Shown: one piece after another, positions 1 to 9,863 of the stretch | Position numbering within the stretch: position 1 is the first letter of the stretch | Layout of the letters: each line of letters opens with the position of its first letter | From: Candidatus Arthromitus sp. SFB-mouse-Japan | Lineage (GTDB): Bacteria; Bacillota; Clostridia; Clostridiales; Clostridiaceae | Length of the DNA stretch: 32,000 nucleotides | NCBI RefSeq assembly: GCF_000270205.1 | Contig: NC_015913.1 | Coordinates: forward strand, 1,440,001 to 1,472,000 | Direction of reading: 5' to 3' | The notes under the pieces: generated by a model | What the model saw: only the letters and a program-made list of their open reading frames with translations | Told to the model about the DNA's origin: nothing | Database searches by the model: none | Translations under genes and position numbers: made by a program

Positions 1-921
1 ATTAATATAAAGATCTATGTCCTTATCTATTTTCAATCTGATTCTCTCATATTTTTTTAATACATAATTCTTATCAATCTTAATTTCTCCATCTATTCCA
101 TTATCCTCTGTAAAATCAATGAAACTCTCAAGACTACTCTTATCATCTTTAAAAATATCTATAGCTAAAGAATTTATATTTAAAATATCTCCATTTGATA
201 TTTTCTCCTTAAATAACTCCCTAATTCCAAATGCTTTATCTGCATCATCCTTTATATTTTTACGTGTCCATTTTTCCGTAAAATAAATTAAATCCTTAGT
301 CTTTGAAAAATTAGAATATATCCTCTCACAATTTAAAAATTCATCCTTAAAATAAGTTCTCTCTTTTGTAACACTTGTAGATGACTTATCCAAAAAAAAT
401 AAATTAAAATTATCATCTGAATCTCTTAAGAAAATACACGCTTTATTCACTCTCTGAGATACACTTGGGAGAGTAATATATTGAGGAATTATATCTATCT
501 TCATTTTATCATCAACATAATCAATCTTGTGTATATAATTTTTCATATAATCTAATTTTATCATACATAAGGCATTGCCAAACTCAGTTTTAAGCTTTAA
601 AAATAAAAGATCACAAGAAATACCCCCACCATGCTCAACTAAAATATTAAAAAATTTCTCTGATATATCCTTTGATACCTCAATTAAACTAAATTCTTCT
701 CTTAAAAATCTATAAACACCTAATATAAATTCAGGTTCCTTGCAAAATTGTCCCAAATCAAGCTCATCATCTTTTAAAATTTTTTCCATATGCTTTGTTA
801 AAAATAAATTTATCTCTTCATTCGACAAATTTAAATAATTTTCATTTAAAATTGGATAATCACAGTTCACATCAAGAACATGTATTATTCCCTCTTCTAT
901 TTTAAATTCTTTAATTTTCAA
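1..921 (-). CDS. Nucleoid-associated protein, NdpA/YejK (NA37) family-like; C-terminus runs off the window edge
   Basis: Absent from the supplied ORF track because it is edge-truncated. My own minus-strand translation starts at TTG (921-919), with GGAGG at 934-930 and an 8-nt spacer. It stays open for all 307 codons down to base 1: MKIKEFKIEEGIIHVLDVNCDYPILNENYLNLSNEEINLFLTKHMEKILKDDEL...MIKLDYMKNYIHKIDYVDDKMKIDIIPQYITLPSVSQRVNKACIF... The IIHxLD N-terminus and KLDY..IIPQ..LP core recall clostridial NA37-family proteins (from memory, not searched). Confidence 0.65.
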   Translation of the reverse strand, partial: MKIKEFKIEEGIIHVLDVNCDYPILNENYLNLSNEEINLFLTKHMEKILKDDELDLGQFCKEPEFILGVYRFLREEFSLIEVSKDISEKFFNILVEHGGGISCDLLFLKLKTEFGNALCMIKLDYMKNYIHKIDYVDDKMKIDIIPQYITLPSVSQRVNKACIFLRDSDDNFNLFFLDKSSTSVTKERTYFKDEFLNCERIYSNFSKTKDLIYFTEKWTRKNIKDDADKAFGIRELFKEKISNGDILNINSLAIDIFKDDKSSLESFIDFTEDNGIDGEIKIDKNYVLKKYERIRLKIDKDIDLYIN

Positions 922-1054
922 ATACCCATCCTCCAAGATTAAAACAATAAAATTAAGTTTAGATCATTTTACAATAAAATTTTTTCAAATTAAAGGACAC
1001 TATAAAAATAGTCAAAAAACAAAAAAGAGCCAATAAATACGACTCATTATAATT

Positions 1055-2038
1055 CTAAATCCTTGTTGACTCTCTTTCTAATATATCACACTTTATTTGC
1101 ATTTTACTTATACTATTTCCACTTACTATACTTTTAAGAGTAAAATATGACTTAACACCAAGTTCAAATTTATCATAATTAACAGTAGACAAAGATGGAT
1201 TTAAACAATTAAAAATAAAATTATTATCAAATCCTATTATAGAAATATCTTCAGGAACCTTATATCTTTCTCTCGTCAATATATTTAAAATTCTATATGC
1301 TGTAAAATCATTATCTGCACATATAGCATTAACATGAATATTTTTTACAAACTCCACTATTTGTGAATCAAATTCTTCACTAGAAACATTTAAAACATTT
1401 TTAGGGTTATAATTTATCCCAAAAGAAGTCAATGCTGCAATATATCCTACAAGCTTATCTTGATAAATATAATCATTACCTTTTATATTAACAAAACTTA
1501 TATCCTTATACCCTCTATCAATAAAATACTTTACAACTTTACTCATACCATCTATCATATCAATGCCAACATATCCTATGTTCTGTTTATCAATATTAAG
1601 ATAACTATTTGCCATAACAAGAGGATAAGATAGTTTAAGTATAGACTTTCTTATAGAATCTGAAATATTATTTAACACCAATAGTGCTCCTGATAAATTA
1701 TTAGATCTCATAATAGAATCTATACATATTTTTTTAGCACTACTTTTCAAATAAATTATTGACGTAGTATTTCCATCTTTAATAGCTTCACTATTAAATC
1801 CCTGTATTATATCATAATTTAAAATTTTGTTATATTCATCACAATTTTGATCAACAATAATACCAAATTTTAAATTAAGTTTATTAGATATAGATTTTTT
1901 AATATATCCAAGTTCATTTGCAACTTCGATAACTTTTTCTCTAGTTTTTTGACTTATATCTGTTCCACCATTGAGGGCTTTAGAAACAGAACTTATAGAT
2001 ATTCCTAAACTATCCGATATATCCTTAATCGTTACCAT
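1055..2038 (-). CDS. LacI/GalR-family transcriptional regulator
   Basis: The ORF track gives 1055..2098. I place the start at the internal ATG (2038-2036), preceded by AGGGGTGA. That yields the canonical LacI N-terminal HTH, MVTIKDISDSLGISISSVSKALNG, followed by a periplasmic-binding-protein-like sugar-binding fold. Confidence 0.85.
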   Translation of the reverse strand: MVTIKDISDSLGISISSVSKALNGGTDISQKTREKVIEVANELGYIKKSISNKLNLKFGIIVDQNCDEYNKILNYDIIQGFNSEAIKDGNTTSIIYLKSSAKKICIDSIMRSNNLSGALLVLNNISDSIRKSILKLSYPLVMANSYLNIDKQNIGYVGIDMIDGMSKVVKYFIDRGYKDISFVNIKGNDYIYQDKLVGYIAALTSFGINYNPKNVLNVSSEEFDSQIVEFVKNIHVNAICADNDFTAYRILNILTRERYKVPEDISIIGFDNNFIFNCLNPSLSTVNYDKFELGVKSYFTLKSIVSGNSISKMQIKCDILERESTRI

Positions 2039-2158
2039 ATTTTCACCCCTTAAAAATCTAAATTTATCAACATGCATTATAGATTTTTTCGTAAACAATC
2101 TTAAATTCTTTATAAATTTTACAAAAAATAACCAAATTTTTTATTATACTACATAATG

Positions 2159-2187
2159 TTGACAACTTAAAAAAAATTCCTATATAC
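2159..2187 (+). promoter_or_regulatory. Putative sigma-A promoter for leuS
   Basis: TTGACA (2159-2164), then a 16-17 nt spacer, then TATATA/ATATAC (2181-2187). This leaves a leader of only about 55 nt before the leuS ATG. Such hexamers arise easily by chance in AT-rich DNA. Confidence 0.45.
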
Positions 2188-2248
2188 TTAGCTTAATTTA
2201 AGATTTAAGCATATATATATAAAATTTTTATTTAAAGGATGGTATACA

Positions 2249-4711
2249 ATGAGTACAGGATACTCTATTAAAATAGATAAGGATTCCCAAAAATTTTGGG
2301 AAAATCAAAAAATAGCTGAATTCAATTTAACAGATGATAAAGAAAAATTATATATTCTTGAAATGTTCTCATATCCATCAGGAAGTAATTTACATGCTGG
2401 ACATTGGTTTAATTTTGGGCTAGTAGACTCTTATGCACGATATAAAAAAATGAATGGATTCAATGTATTTCAACCAATGGGATTCGATGCTTTTGGCCTC
2501 CCTGCGGAAAACTATGCTATAAAAACTGGGATACACCCTAAAGATTCTACAATGAAAAATATAGATAACATGAGACTACAGCTTAGAAATATGGGAGCAA
2601 TATTTAATTTTGAAAATGAAATAATTACATGCACACCTGAATACTACAAATGGACTCAATGGATATTTCTAAAACTGTATGAAAACAATTTAGCCTACAG
2701 AAAAAATGCTCCTGTTAATTTTTGCCCTTCTTGTAATACAGTTCTAGCAAATGAACAAGTTATAGATAATTCCTGTGAAAGATGCTCGACTGAAATCAAA
2801 AAGAAAAACTTAACTCAGTGGTTCTTTAAAATAACTGACTATGCTAATGAACTAGTAGACAAATTAGATTCATTAGATTGGCCAAACAAAACAAAATCAA
2901 TGCAAAAAAACTGGATTGGAAGGTCATTTGGAACTATAGTTAATTTTTCTATCGAGAATTCCATTAAAACATTTGATATATTTACTACAAGGGTCGATAC
3001 TCTTATGGGAGTTTCTTACGTAGTTTTAGCTCCTGAGCACAACTTAGTTTTGGAAATAACTACTGAATGTAATATAAATAAAGTTAAAAATTACATAGAA
3101 GAATCATCTAAACAATCAGAAATAGATAGAATAAGTTCATCTAAAGAAAAAACGGGAGTATTTACTGGATCTTATGCAATTCACCCAATATCAGGTAATA
3201 AAATTCCTATTTGGGTTTCGGATTACGTTATAGCAACCTACGGAACTGGAGCTGTTATGGCAGTTCCAGCACATGATGAAAGAGACTTTGAATTTGCAAC
3301 TAAATTCAATCTTCCAATAAACAAAGTTATTTCAAATAGTAAAAATGATAAACTTCCCATGACTAAAAAAGGAATATTAATAAATTCTCTACAATTTGAT
3401 TCATTATCATCAGATGAAGCTAAAAATAAAATTACTAAACACTTAGAAAGTATGAATAAAGGTGGTTTTAAAACTACATTTAGGCTTCGTGACTGGCTAG
3501 TATCTAGACAAAGATACTGGGGAGCTCCTATACCTATTGTATATTGTGACGATTGTGGAATTGTACCAGTTCCATACTCATCACTTCCAGTAGAGCTTCC
3601 TTACAATGTTAATTTTAAATCAAATGGTAAATCTCCACTTGAAGAATGCTCTGAATTTAAAGAAACAACTTGTCCAAAATGTAATAAAAAAGCCACAAGA
3701 GAAACAGACACACTAGATACATTCGTCTGCTCTTCATGGTATTACTTAAGATACGTTGATCCCAAAAATGAAAATTCTCCATTCAATACTGATAATGTCA
3801 ATAAAATGCTCCCTGTTGATAAATATGTCGGAGGACCTGAACATGCTTGTATGCACCTTTTATATGCAAGATTCATAACAAAAGCTCTACGTGATATGGG
3901 ATATTTGAACTTTGATGAACCTTTCATATCCTTAACTCATCAAGGACTAATACTCGGTCCTGATGGATTTAAAATGAGTAAGTCTCGAGGAAATACAATT
4001 TCCCCAGACAAATATATAGAAGAATACGGATCAGATGTATTTAGAATATACTTGATGTTCTCATTTACATACACAGAAGGGGGAGCTTGGAGTGATGACG
4101 GAATAAAAGCTATTCATAAATTTATACAACGAAGTGAACGACTCATAAATAGGGCATTAGACATATTAAAAGACAAAAATTTTGATTTTGTATATAATGA
4201 AGATGTACACAAAGAACTTCTATTTGCTCTTAATACTTCAATTAAAATGATAAGAAATGACATAGAAGAACTTCAATTTAATACTTGTATTGCTCATTTT
4301 ATGAAACTTACAAATGAATTTTCAAAATATTTAAACACAAATAAAATAACTTATGATGTTTTAAATAATCTGCTGTTAAATTATATAAAAATATTTTCAC
4401 CATTTGCTCCTCATTTCTCTGAATATTATTTTGGTATAATTAAAGAATTAAATAATGAGCCGAAAACTTCTGTATTCTTTGAAGAATATCCTAAGGCAAA
4501 TCAAAAGTACTTAACTCGAGATGAAGTGGAAATTGCTATACAAATTAACGGAAAAATTAAAACCAAAATATATGTAGAAACAAACTCTAGCGAAGAAACT
4601 ATTAAAAATATTTCTTTATCAAATAATGAAATATTGCCCCATATAAAAGGAAAAAATATAACCAAAGTTATAGTAATTAAAAATAAACTTGTAAATATTG
4701 TTGTAAAATGA
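2249..4711 (+). CDS. leuS: Leucyl-tRNA synthetase
   Basis: 820 aa. HIGH-type motif (NLHAGHW), KMSKS (FKMSKSRGN), a CP1 editing-domain region ([19 protein letters not shown]) and zinc-binding CxxC pairs. RBS AAAGGA upstream of the ATG. Confidence 0.97.
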   Translation: MSTGYSIKIDKDSQKFWENQKIAEFNLTDDKEKLYILEMFSYPSGSNLHAGHWFNFGLVDSYARYKKMNGFNVFQPMGFDAFGLPAENYAIKTGIHPKDSTMKNIDNMRLQLRNMGAIFNFENEIITCTPEYYKWTQWIFLKLYENNLAYRKNAPVNFCPSCNTVLANEQVIDNSCERCSTEIKKKNLTQWFFKITDYANELVDKLDSLDWPNKTKSMQKNWIGRSFGTIVNFSIENSIKTFDIFTTRVDTLMGVSYVVLAPEHNLVLEITTECNINKVKNYIEESSKQSEIDRISSSKEKTGVFTGSYAIHPISGNKIPIWVSDYVIATYGTGAVMAVPAHDERDFEFATKFNLPINKVISNSKNDKLPMTKKGILINSLQFDSLSSDEAKNKITKHLESMNKGGFKTTFRLRDWLVSRQRYWGAPIPIVYCDDCGIVPVPYSSLPVELPYNVNFKSNGKSPLEECSEFKETTCPKCNKKATRETDTLDTFVCSSWYYLRYVDPKNENSPFNTDNVNKMLPVDKYVGGPEHACMHLLYARFITKALRDMGYLNFDEPFISLTHQGLILGPDGFKMSKSRGNTISPDKYIEEYGSDVFRIYLMFSFTYTEGGAWSDDGIKAIHKFIQRSERLINRALDILKDKNFDFVYNEDVHKELLFALNTSIKMIRNDIEELQFNTCIAHFMKLTNEFSKYLNTNKITYDVLNNLLLNYIKIFSPFAPHFSEYYFGIIKELNNEPKTSVFFEEYPKANQKYLTRDEVEIAIQINGKIKTKIYVETNSSEETIKNISLSNNEILPHIKGKNITKVIVIKNKLVNIVVK

Positions 4712-4762
4712 TAAAAAATATTATAAAATTTTTAAGTATCAAATACCATGGAGGTAGAATAT

Positions 4763-5094
4763 ATGAACTTTGTAACTATTAGTAATGAAACTTTTAATGA
4801 GTTTAAAAAATTACTTTCAGACAATGATATAGATTCAAATATAATCAGAATCAATTTAGCAGGTATGGGATGTGGGGGGCCAACATTCAATATCGTGTTA
4901 TAGATGAAAAAAAAGAAAATGATATATCATGTACAATTGAAGATATAACATTTATTATATCTAATGAATTACATGATAAATTTGGAGACTTCGTAATAGA
5001 AGGCACTGCTGAAAATAATAAAGGCTTAGTTTTAAGACCTATAAATAAGCCTAGTGGCGGTGGATGTGGCAGCTGCGGTGGCGGATGTCAATAA
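4763..5094 (+). pseudogene. HesB/IscA-like small Fe-S protein (HesB-like selenoprotein family, Cys form), split by a frame break
   Basis: An ATG at 4763 (GGAGG at 4750-4754) opens a 46-codon ORF: MNFVTISNETFNEFKKLLSDNDIDSNIIRINLAGMGCGGPTFNIVL. It stops at TAG 4901-4903. The listed ORF 4870..5094 lies in the -1 frame and continues ...VIDEKKENDISCTIEDITFIISNELHDKFGDFVIEGTAENNKGLVLRPINKPSGGGCGSCGGGCQ. Joined, the two halves make a HesB-like protein of about 110 aa (GxGCGG..., DE, Cys-rich tail). Confidence 0.6.
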
Positions 5095-5100
5095 ATAATA

Positions 5101-5141
5101 AAAAATGCTTAGATTAAAATCATTAATCTAAGCATTTTTTA
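5101..5141 (+). terminator. Rho-independent terminator after the HesB-like gene
   Basis: Perfect stem AATGCTTAGATTAA (5104-5117) pairing with TTAATCTAAGCATT (5124-5137), followed by a T-run. An A-run on the 5' side makes it look bidirectional. Confidence 0.75.
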
Positions 5142-5331
5142 TATAAAATTCCCCTACAAATTTACATTCAAAATTTTAACTCTATTATAAATCTTGTAAA
5201 ATAAATAAAAATAATATAGAATATACAGATAGATTAATTTACATAAACATTATGAATAAACTCTTTTAAAAACTTGATGAAACTTTCTAAATACAAATTT
5301 TAAAAATTTTTTCTACGAAAGTAGGCATTTG

Positions 5332-8300
5332 ATGAAAAAAGTCAATATAGGAAAGATAACTGAGTTTTCCAACTTTAATAATGGAAATGACGGTATTACT
5401 ATTTACAAAAAAAATAAATTAAATATGAAGTACTATGAATTTACAAGAGATGGTATACATGTTTGGTTTGATGTCCCATCTATGCGCAATATAACATACA
5501 TAACTAAAATATATATTGATGATCAAAATACTTTGAAGGGATTTTCTTGTTCTTGTACATATAAAAATACGATAAATGATGTTTGCAAGCATATTATAGC
5601 TAGTTATATATTTTTCTTAAATGAACTTAAGGATAATATTAAACCTAATGTAATATACGATTTTTCACAATTAGACCAAATAAACAAATTAAATGAAGAA
5701 AATACATTAGATATTGATATAGACTATTTTAAAATAGATTATTTTGTATATGTAAATGATATTAATGATATCATGTTAGAAATTAAACTTATATCAAACA
5801 AAACTTATTCTGTATCAGATATATCTGAATTTCTAAATTCTATATTATCATCACATCCATACAGTATAAATAAAAATACTTCGTTAAATATAACTACAAA
5901 TAGTTTCAATGAAAAAGATAGAATTTTTATATGTAAATTATTAACTATATATTCTCTCATCAAAATCAATGCTGTGATTATAGAAAATATATTTTCTAAC
6001 CAATATATAAAACTAAACTCTTATCTATTTGAGAGTTTGGTTACCTCTTTAGGGGAAGATAATTTACATATAAAATTTAAACACTTATTATTTGAATCCT
6101 GCAAAATAATAAAAGAAGATTTAGATATATCTCCTGTTATATCAACGGATGAAAATAATAATATAACGCTATCTTTAAAGGCACTAAATATTATTGAATT
6201 ATTTAGCAATAAACCTTATTTCTATTATGATGGAACAATATTTGAAACTTCACTCTCATTTATAAAAAATTATAATTGTATAAAAGAGTTAGTTCTACGC
6301 AACAACACTTCCTATTTTACAATAACTGATGATAATAAAAATATATTCCTTAATCAGATCATACCAAAACTATCTTTAAATTTTAATTTAAAAATTTCAG
6401 AAAGTTTAAATAACATACTAAATATTGAGGAATGTAAATGTAAATTCTACATAAACAAAGTTTCGAATGATATAGTCATAATAAAGGTTATATTTAATTA
6501 CAAAGATTTAAACATAAACCCACTGGATACTAGCTGTCTTAATACATCTATCCTTAGAGATTATAATATTGAAAATAAAGTATTAACTACATTAAATAGA
6601 CTTAGTGAATCTAAAAACTCAATTTACTACATTATTAAATCACCTGAAAAAATAATTGATTTTAAAGAAAATGGAATTCCTACGCTTAAAACCTTAGGAG
6701 AAATTTATTACACAAAAAAATTTAAACAATACAAAATAATTTCTTCATCTTCTTATAAAACTTCCTTTAGTATAGGGTTAAATAATCTATTAAATATATC
6801 ATTCTCATTTGATGGAATAACAAATGATGAATTATATTCTGCAATTAAAAACATACGAAAAGGTGAAAAATACCTGAAATTGAAAGATAAGGGTATCCTA
6901 AATCTGGAAAATGATTACTTAAAACAGATTAATTCAATCCTTAAAGATTTAGATATAGATGAAAAAGAACTTAAGAATGATTCATTAAATATTGATAAGT
7001 ATTATGCATTTTACATAAACAACACATATTCAAATAATTTTAAGTCAATGGGTGAATTAACTAAAAATGAAAATTTCTTAAAAATAACAGATGATCTTTC
7101 TAACATTTCTAATATTGATTTATCTCCTCCGAAGAATTTAAACGCTTCTCTTAGAAATTATCAATTAGAAGGATTCAAATGGATTAAAACACTAAAAGAA
7201 TACAATTTATCTGGGATCTTAGCAGATGAGATGGGACTTGGTAAAACTCTACAAACCATAGCATTTCTTCAAAAAGAATACGAAAATAACTCACTTGAAA
7301 ATGCAATAATAATCTGCCCTAAGTCTCTTATATACAACTGGTTTGATGAGATTAAAAAATTTGCCCCAAATCTTAAAATTCTTATATTTAATGGAAACAA
7401 AAATGTTCGTTCAAAACTCATAAATGAATTTCAAAATTACGATATCATATTAACTTCTTACGGAATAATTCAAAAAGATATAGACCTCTTAAAGTTAAAA
7501 AATTTTAATATTTGTATAATAGATGAAGCTCAAAATATAAAGAATAAATCATCCAAAAACACAATCTCTTTAAGAGAACTGAATGTAAATTACAAATTTG
7601 CATTAACAGGTACTCCCATAGAAAACTCCATAGAAGAACTATGGTCTATATTTAATTTCCTAATGCCAGGATATCTATATTCCTATTCAAAATTTAGATC
7701 GATATATGGGGATCAGGAAAATTATACTTCATCTAATTTAAACAAAAAAATATCTCCTTTCATATTAAGGAGACTTAAAAAAAATGTATTAACTGAACTT
7801 CCACCTAAAATTGAAACTAAAATAATGATTGATTTAAATAATGAACAAAAAAAATTATACTATTCATACATAAATAAATTTAAAGAAGAATTTAATTTTG
7901 AAAATAACAGCTCAAATGATAAAAATCTTAAATTTAAAATGCTAAGTGCATTAACACGTTTAAGACAGATTTGTTGTGATCCTAAGGTAATATCTGAAGA
8001 TTATTCCTATGGTAGTTCCAAAATAGATACATTAATGGAAATAGTAAATGAACACATTAAGAATAACAAAAAAATTATAGTATTTTCAAATTTCACAACC
8101 GTACTTGGAATTATTAAAGATAAATTCATAAAAAATAACATTAAATATACATACTTAGATGGAACAATTCCTTCCAAAGATAGAATTGATATTGTAAATG
8201 ATTTTAATCAAAATGATTATAATATATTCCTAATTTCTCTTAAAGCTGGGGGATTTGGTTTGAATATAACATCTGCTGAAATTGTAATTCATTTTGATCC

Positions 8301-8544
8301 TTGGTGGAATAATGCTGTTGAAGATCAGGCCACAGATAGAGCACATAGGATTGGACAAAAAAATACAATTCATGTTATAAAATTAATAACTAAAGGAACT
8401 ATTGAAGAGAAAATATTTGAGATACAGGAGAAGAAAAATATATTAATAAATTCTATAATAAGAGATAATGAACTAGAATATAATTCAATCTCTAAAATGT
8501 CTATTGAGGATCTTAAAAATTTATTTACAATTGATACATTATAG
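5332..8544 (+). CDS. SNF2-family DEAD/H helicase with N-terminal SWIM zinc finger (YwqA/RapA-like)
   Basis: SWIM CxCx(n)CxH motif: FSCSCTYKNTINDVCKHIIAS. SNF2 motifs: I DEMGLGKT, II DEAQNIKN, III LTGTPIEN. Helicase-C region: GGFGLNITSAEIVIHFDPWWNNAVEDQATDRAHRIGQ. I prefer the ATG at 5332 to the TTG at 5329. Confidence 0.9.
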   Translation: MKKVNIGKITEFSNFNNGNDGITIYKKNKLNMKYYEFTRDGIHVWFDVPSMRNITYITKIYIDDQNTLKGFSCSCTYKNTINDVCKHIIASYIFFLNELKDNIKPNVIYDFSQLDQINKLNEENTLDIDIDYFKIDYFVYVNDINDIMLEIKLISNKTYSVSDISEFLNSILSSHPYSINKNTSLNITTNSFNEKDRIFICKLLTIYSLIKINAVIIENIFSNQYIKLNSYLFESLVTSLGEDNLHIKFKHLLFESCKIIKEDLDISPVISTDENNNITLSLKALNIIELFSNKPYFYYDGTIFETSLSFIKNYNCIKELVLRNNTSYFTITDDNKNIFLNQIIPKLSLNFNLKISESLNNILNIEECKCKFYINKVSNDIVIIKVIFNYKDLNINPLDTSCLNTSILRDYNIENKVLTTLNRLSESKNSIYYIIKSPEKIIDFKENGIPTLKTLGEIYYTKKFKQYKIISSSSYKTSFSIGLNNLLNISFSFDGITNDELYSAIKNIRKGEKYLKLKDKGILNLENDYLKQINSILKDLDIDEKELKNDSLNIDKYYAFYINNTYSNNFKSMGELTKNENFLKITDDLSNISNIDLSPPKNLNASLRNYQLEGFKWIKTLKEYNLSGILADEMGLGKTLQTIAFLQKEYENNSLENAIIICPKSLIYNWFDEIKKFAPNLKILIFNGNKNVRSKLINEFQNYDIILTSYGIIQKDIDLLKLKNFNICIIDEAQNIKNKSSKNTISLRELNVNYKFALTGTPIENSIEELWSIFNFLMPGYLYSYSKFRSIYGDQENYTSSNLNKKISPFILRRLKKNVLTELPPKIETKIMIDLNNEQKKLYYSYINKFKEEFNFENNSSNDKNLKFKMLSALTRLRQICCDPKVISEDYSYGSSKIDTLMEIVNEHIKNNKKIIVFSNFTTVLGIIKDKFIKNNIKYTYLDGTIPSKDRIDIVNDFNQNDYNIFLISLKAGGFGLNITSAEIVIHFDPWWNNAVEDQATDRAHRIGQKNTIHVIKLITKGTIEEKIFEIQEKKNILINSIIRDNELEYNSISKMSIEDLKNLFTIDTL

Positions 8545-8580
8545 AAAACCTGTAGCAATAATTTTTGCTACAGGTTTTCT
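8544..8580. terminator. Hairpin terminator shared by convergent transcription units
   Basis: GAAAACCTGTAGCA (8544-8557) pairs with TGCTACAGGTTTTC (8566-8579). It lies between the SNF2 stop codon and the stop of the minus-strand micro-ORF. Confidence 0.6.
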
Positions 8581-8734
8581 AGTATATCCTATTCCTTTTT
8601 GAAAACTTAGTAAGCATCAATAAGAGTCCAACTATCAAAAATATGTTTAATGAAAATCTACCAAAAAATAATATAAACAATGATATTCCAGCAATAACAG
8701 TAAATTTAACTAGACTATGTAAAATTCGGTTCAT
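8579..8734 (-). CDS. Hypothetical 51-aa membrane micro-protein
   Basis: Below the ORF-track size cut-off. GAGGTGA RBS, then a 7-nt spacer, then ATG (8734-8732). Translation: MNRILHSLVKFTVIAGISLFILFFGRFSLNIFLIVGLLLMLTKFSKRNRIY. It has two hydrophobic segments and a basic tail. It sits 80 nt downstream of trpS on the same strand. Confidence 0.4.
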   Translation of the reverse strand: MNRILHSLVKFTVIAGISLFILFFGRFSLNIFLIVGLLLMLTKFSKRNRIY

Positions 8735-8814
8735 TACTTATTCACCTCATAATAATAGTCTAAACGGTAATAATATTATTACACCTTGTAAATATTGAGA
8801 ATAAACCCCATTTA

Positions 8815-9807
8815 TTAAATAAATCCAATTTTTTTCTTAACTTTCCTAAGCATTCTATAAGATGCTTCTCTTGCCTTATCTGCACCATTTTTGTAAACAC
8901 TCTCTAAATAATCCTTATTATCCATAAGTTCCTTGACCCTATTTTGTATTGGAATAAGTTCATCTATTAATGCATCTGAAACCTCATTTTTCAACTCCCC
9001 ATAACCCTTATTTTTAAATCGTTCTACAATATCATAAGTGTCCTCTCCAGTTATAGATGATAATATATTAACTAAATTTTTAATACCCAATTGTTCATTA
9101 CTATAGTTAATAGTTCCTATAGAATCCGTAATACTCCTAGATATTTTTCTTCTTATAAGACTCTCATTATCTAAAATTTTTATGTATGAACTCTCATTTT
9201 CATCAGACTTAGACATTTTTTTATCTGGACTTTGAAGATTCATTATTCGAGATGATGTTGAGCTTATATAAGGATCTGGTATTTTAAATGTATTTGAATA
9301 AATATTATTAAATCTTTCTGCAAGGTCACGCGCTAACTCTAAATGCTGTTTTTGATCTGATCCAACTGGAACGAGATCTGTATTATAAAGCAATATATCA
9401 GCCGCCATTAAAATTGGATATGTAAACAATCCAACTGGTATAGACTCACCTGATTTTAATGACTTTTCCTTATATTGAGTCATTCTAGATATCTCTCCCA
9501 TATATGTAAAACAATTTAATATCCAAGAAAGTTCGGAATGAAAAGAAACGTGAGATTGGATAAACAATGTATTTTTGTTCGGATCTATTCCTGATGCGAT
9601 ATAAATTGCTAAAGTTTCTAATATTTTTTCTCTAAATTTTTTAGGATCCTGTCTTATAGTTATAGCATGCAAATCTACAATACAAAAAAAACAATTATAT
9701 TGATATTGTAATTTTAACCAATTTTTTATTGCCCCAAAATAATTACCAATAGTTAAATCTCCTGATGGTTGTATACCACTAAATATATTTTTTATATTAT
9801 CAATCAA
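8815..9807 (-). CDS. trpS: Tryptophanyl-tRNA synthetase
   Basis: 330 aa. N-terminal GIQPSGDLTIGNY (HIGH-equivalent) and KMSKS. TTG start at 9807 with GGGAGGG RBS and a 7-nt spacer. Confidence 0.95.
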   Translation of the reverse strand: MIDNIKNIFSGIQPSGDLTIGNYFGAIKNWLKLQYQYNCFFCIVDLHAITIRQDPKKFREKILETLAIYIASGIDPNKNTLFIQSHVSFHSELSWILNCFTYMGEISRMTQYKEKSLKSGESIPVGLFTYPILMAADILLYNTDLVPVGSDQKQHLELARDLAERFNNIYSNTFKIPDPYISSTSSRIMNLQSPDKKMSKSDENESSYIKILDNESLIRRKISRSITDSIGTINYSNEQLGIKNLVNILSSITGEDTYDIVERFKNKGYGELKNEVSDALIDELIPIQNRVKELMDNKDYLESVYKNGADKAREASYRMLRKVKKKIGFI

Positions 9808-9820
9808 TTTAATTCCCTCC

Positions 9821-9857
9821 CTAAATTAAAAAGAGATCTTATAAATAAGATCTCTTT
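9821..9857 (-). terminator. Terminator-like hairpin between the zinc-ribbon gene and the trpS RBS
   Basis: On the minus strand, AAAGAGATCTT pairs with AAGATCTCTTT (11 bp, 6-nt loop) and is followed by UUUUUAAUUU. The hairpin ends just before the trpS GGGAGGG. Confidence 0.55.
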
Positions 9858-9863
9858 CTAAAA

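Noticed and set aside
2039-2248. T-box leader upstream of leuS (also checked upstream of trpS at 9808-10300 and tyrS at 17269-17426)
   Set aside because: No match by eye to the conserved T-box sequence (GGGTGGTACCGCG core) on the relevant strand. The available leader lengths after the best promoter candidates are far below the roughly 200 nt or more that a T-box needs. A covariance-model scan would be the decisive test.
4828-4903. Programmed -1 ribosomal frameshifting as the explanation for the split HesB-like gene
   Set aside because: The window where both frames are open has no X-XXY-YYZ slippery heptamer and no obvious downstream stimulatory structure. The A8 run lies after the frame-1 stop codon. 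An indel, real or from sequencing, at a homopolymer is the simpler explanation.
5329-5331. Upstream alternative start codons given by the ORF track (5329 TTG, 10319 GTG, 11456 GTG, 12185 GTG, 2098 ATG)
   Set aside because: In each case a downstream ATG or TTG has better SD spacing, and for LacI it yields the canonical N-terminal HTH. The extra N-terminal residues are probably artefacts of longest-ORF calling.
5332-8544. SNF2 helicase as part of a phage-defence system (DISARM, BREX or Zorya-like)
   Set aside because: No methyltransferase, phospholipase D/nuclease, DUF1998, ZorA/B-like or other partner genes are adjacent. The gene is monocistronic between a HesB-like gene and trpS.
8766-8785. 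16-nt palindrome GTAATAATATTATTAC downstream of trpS as a terminator
   Set aside because: The stem is entirely A/T-rich and has essentially no loop or U-tail on the minus strand. It is more likely chance symmetry, so trpS probably reads through to the hairpin at 8544-8580.
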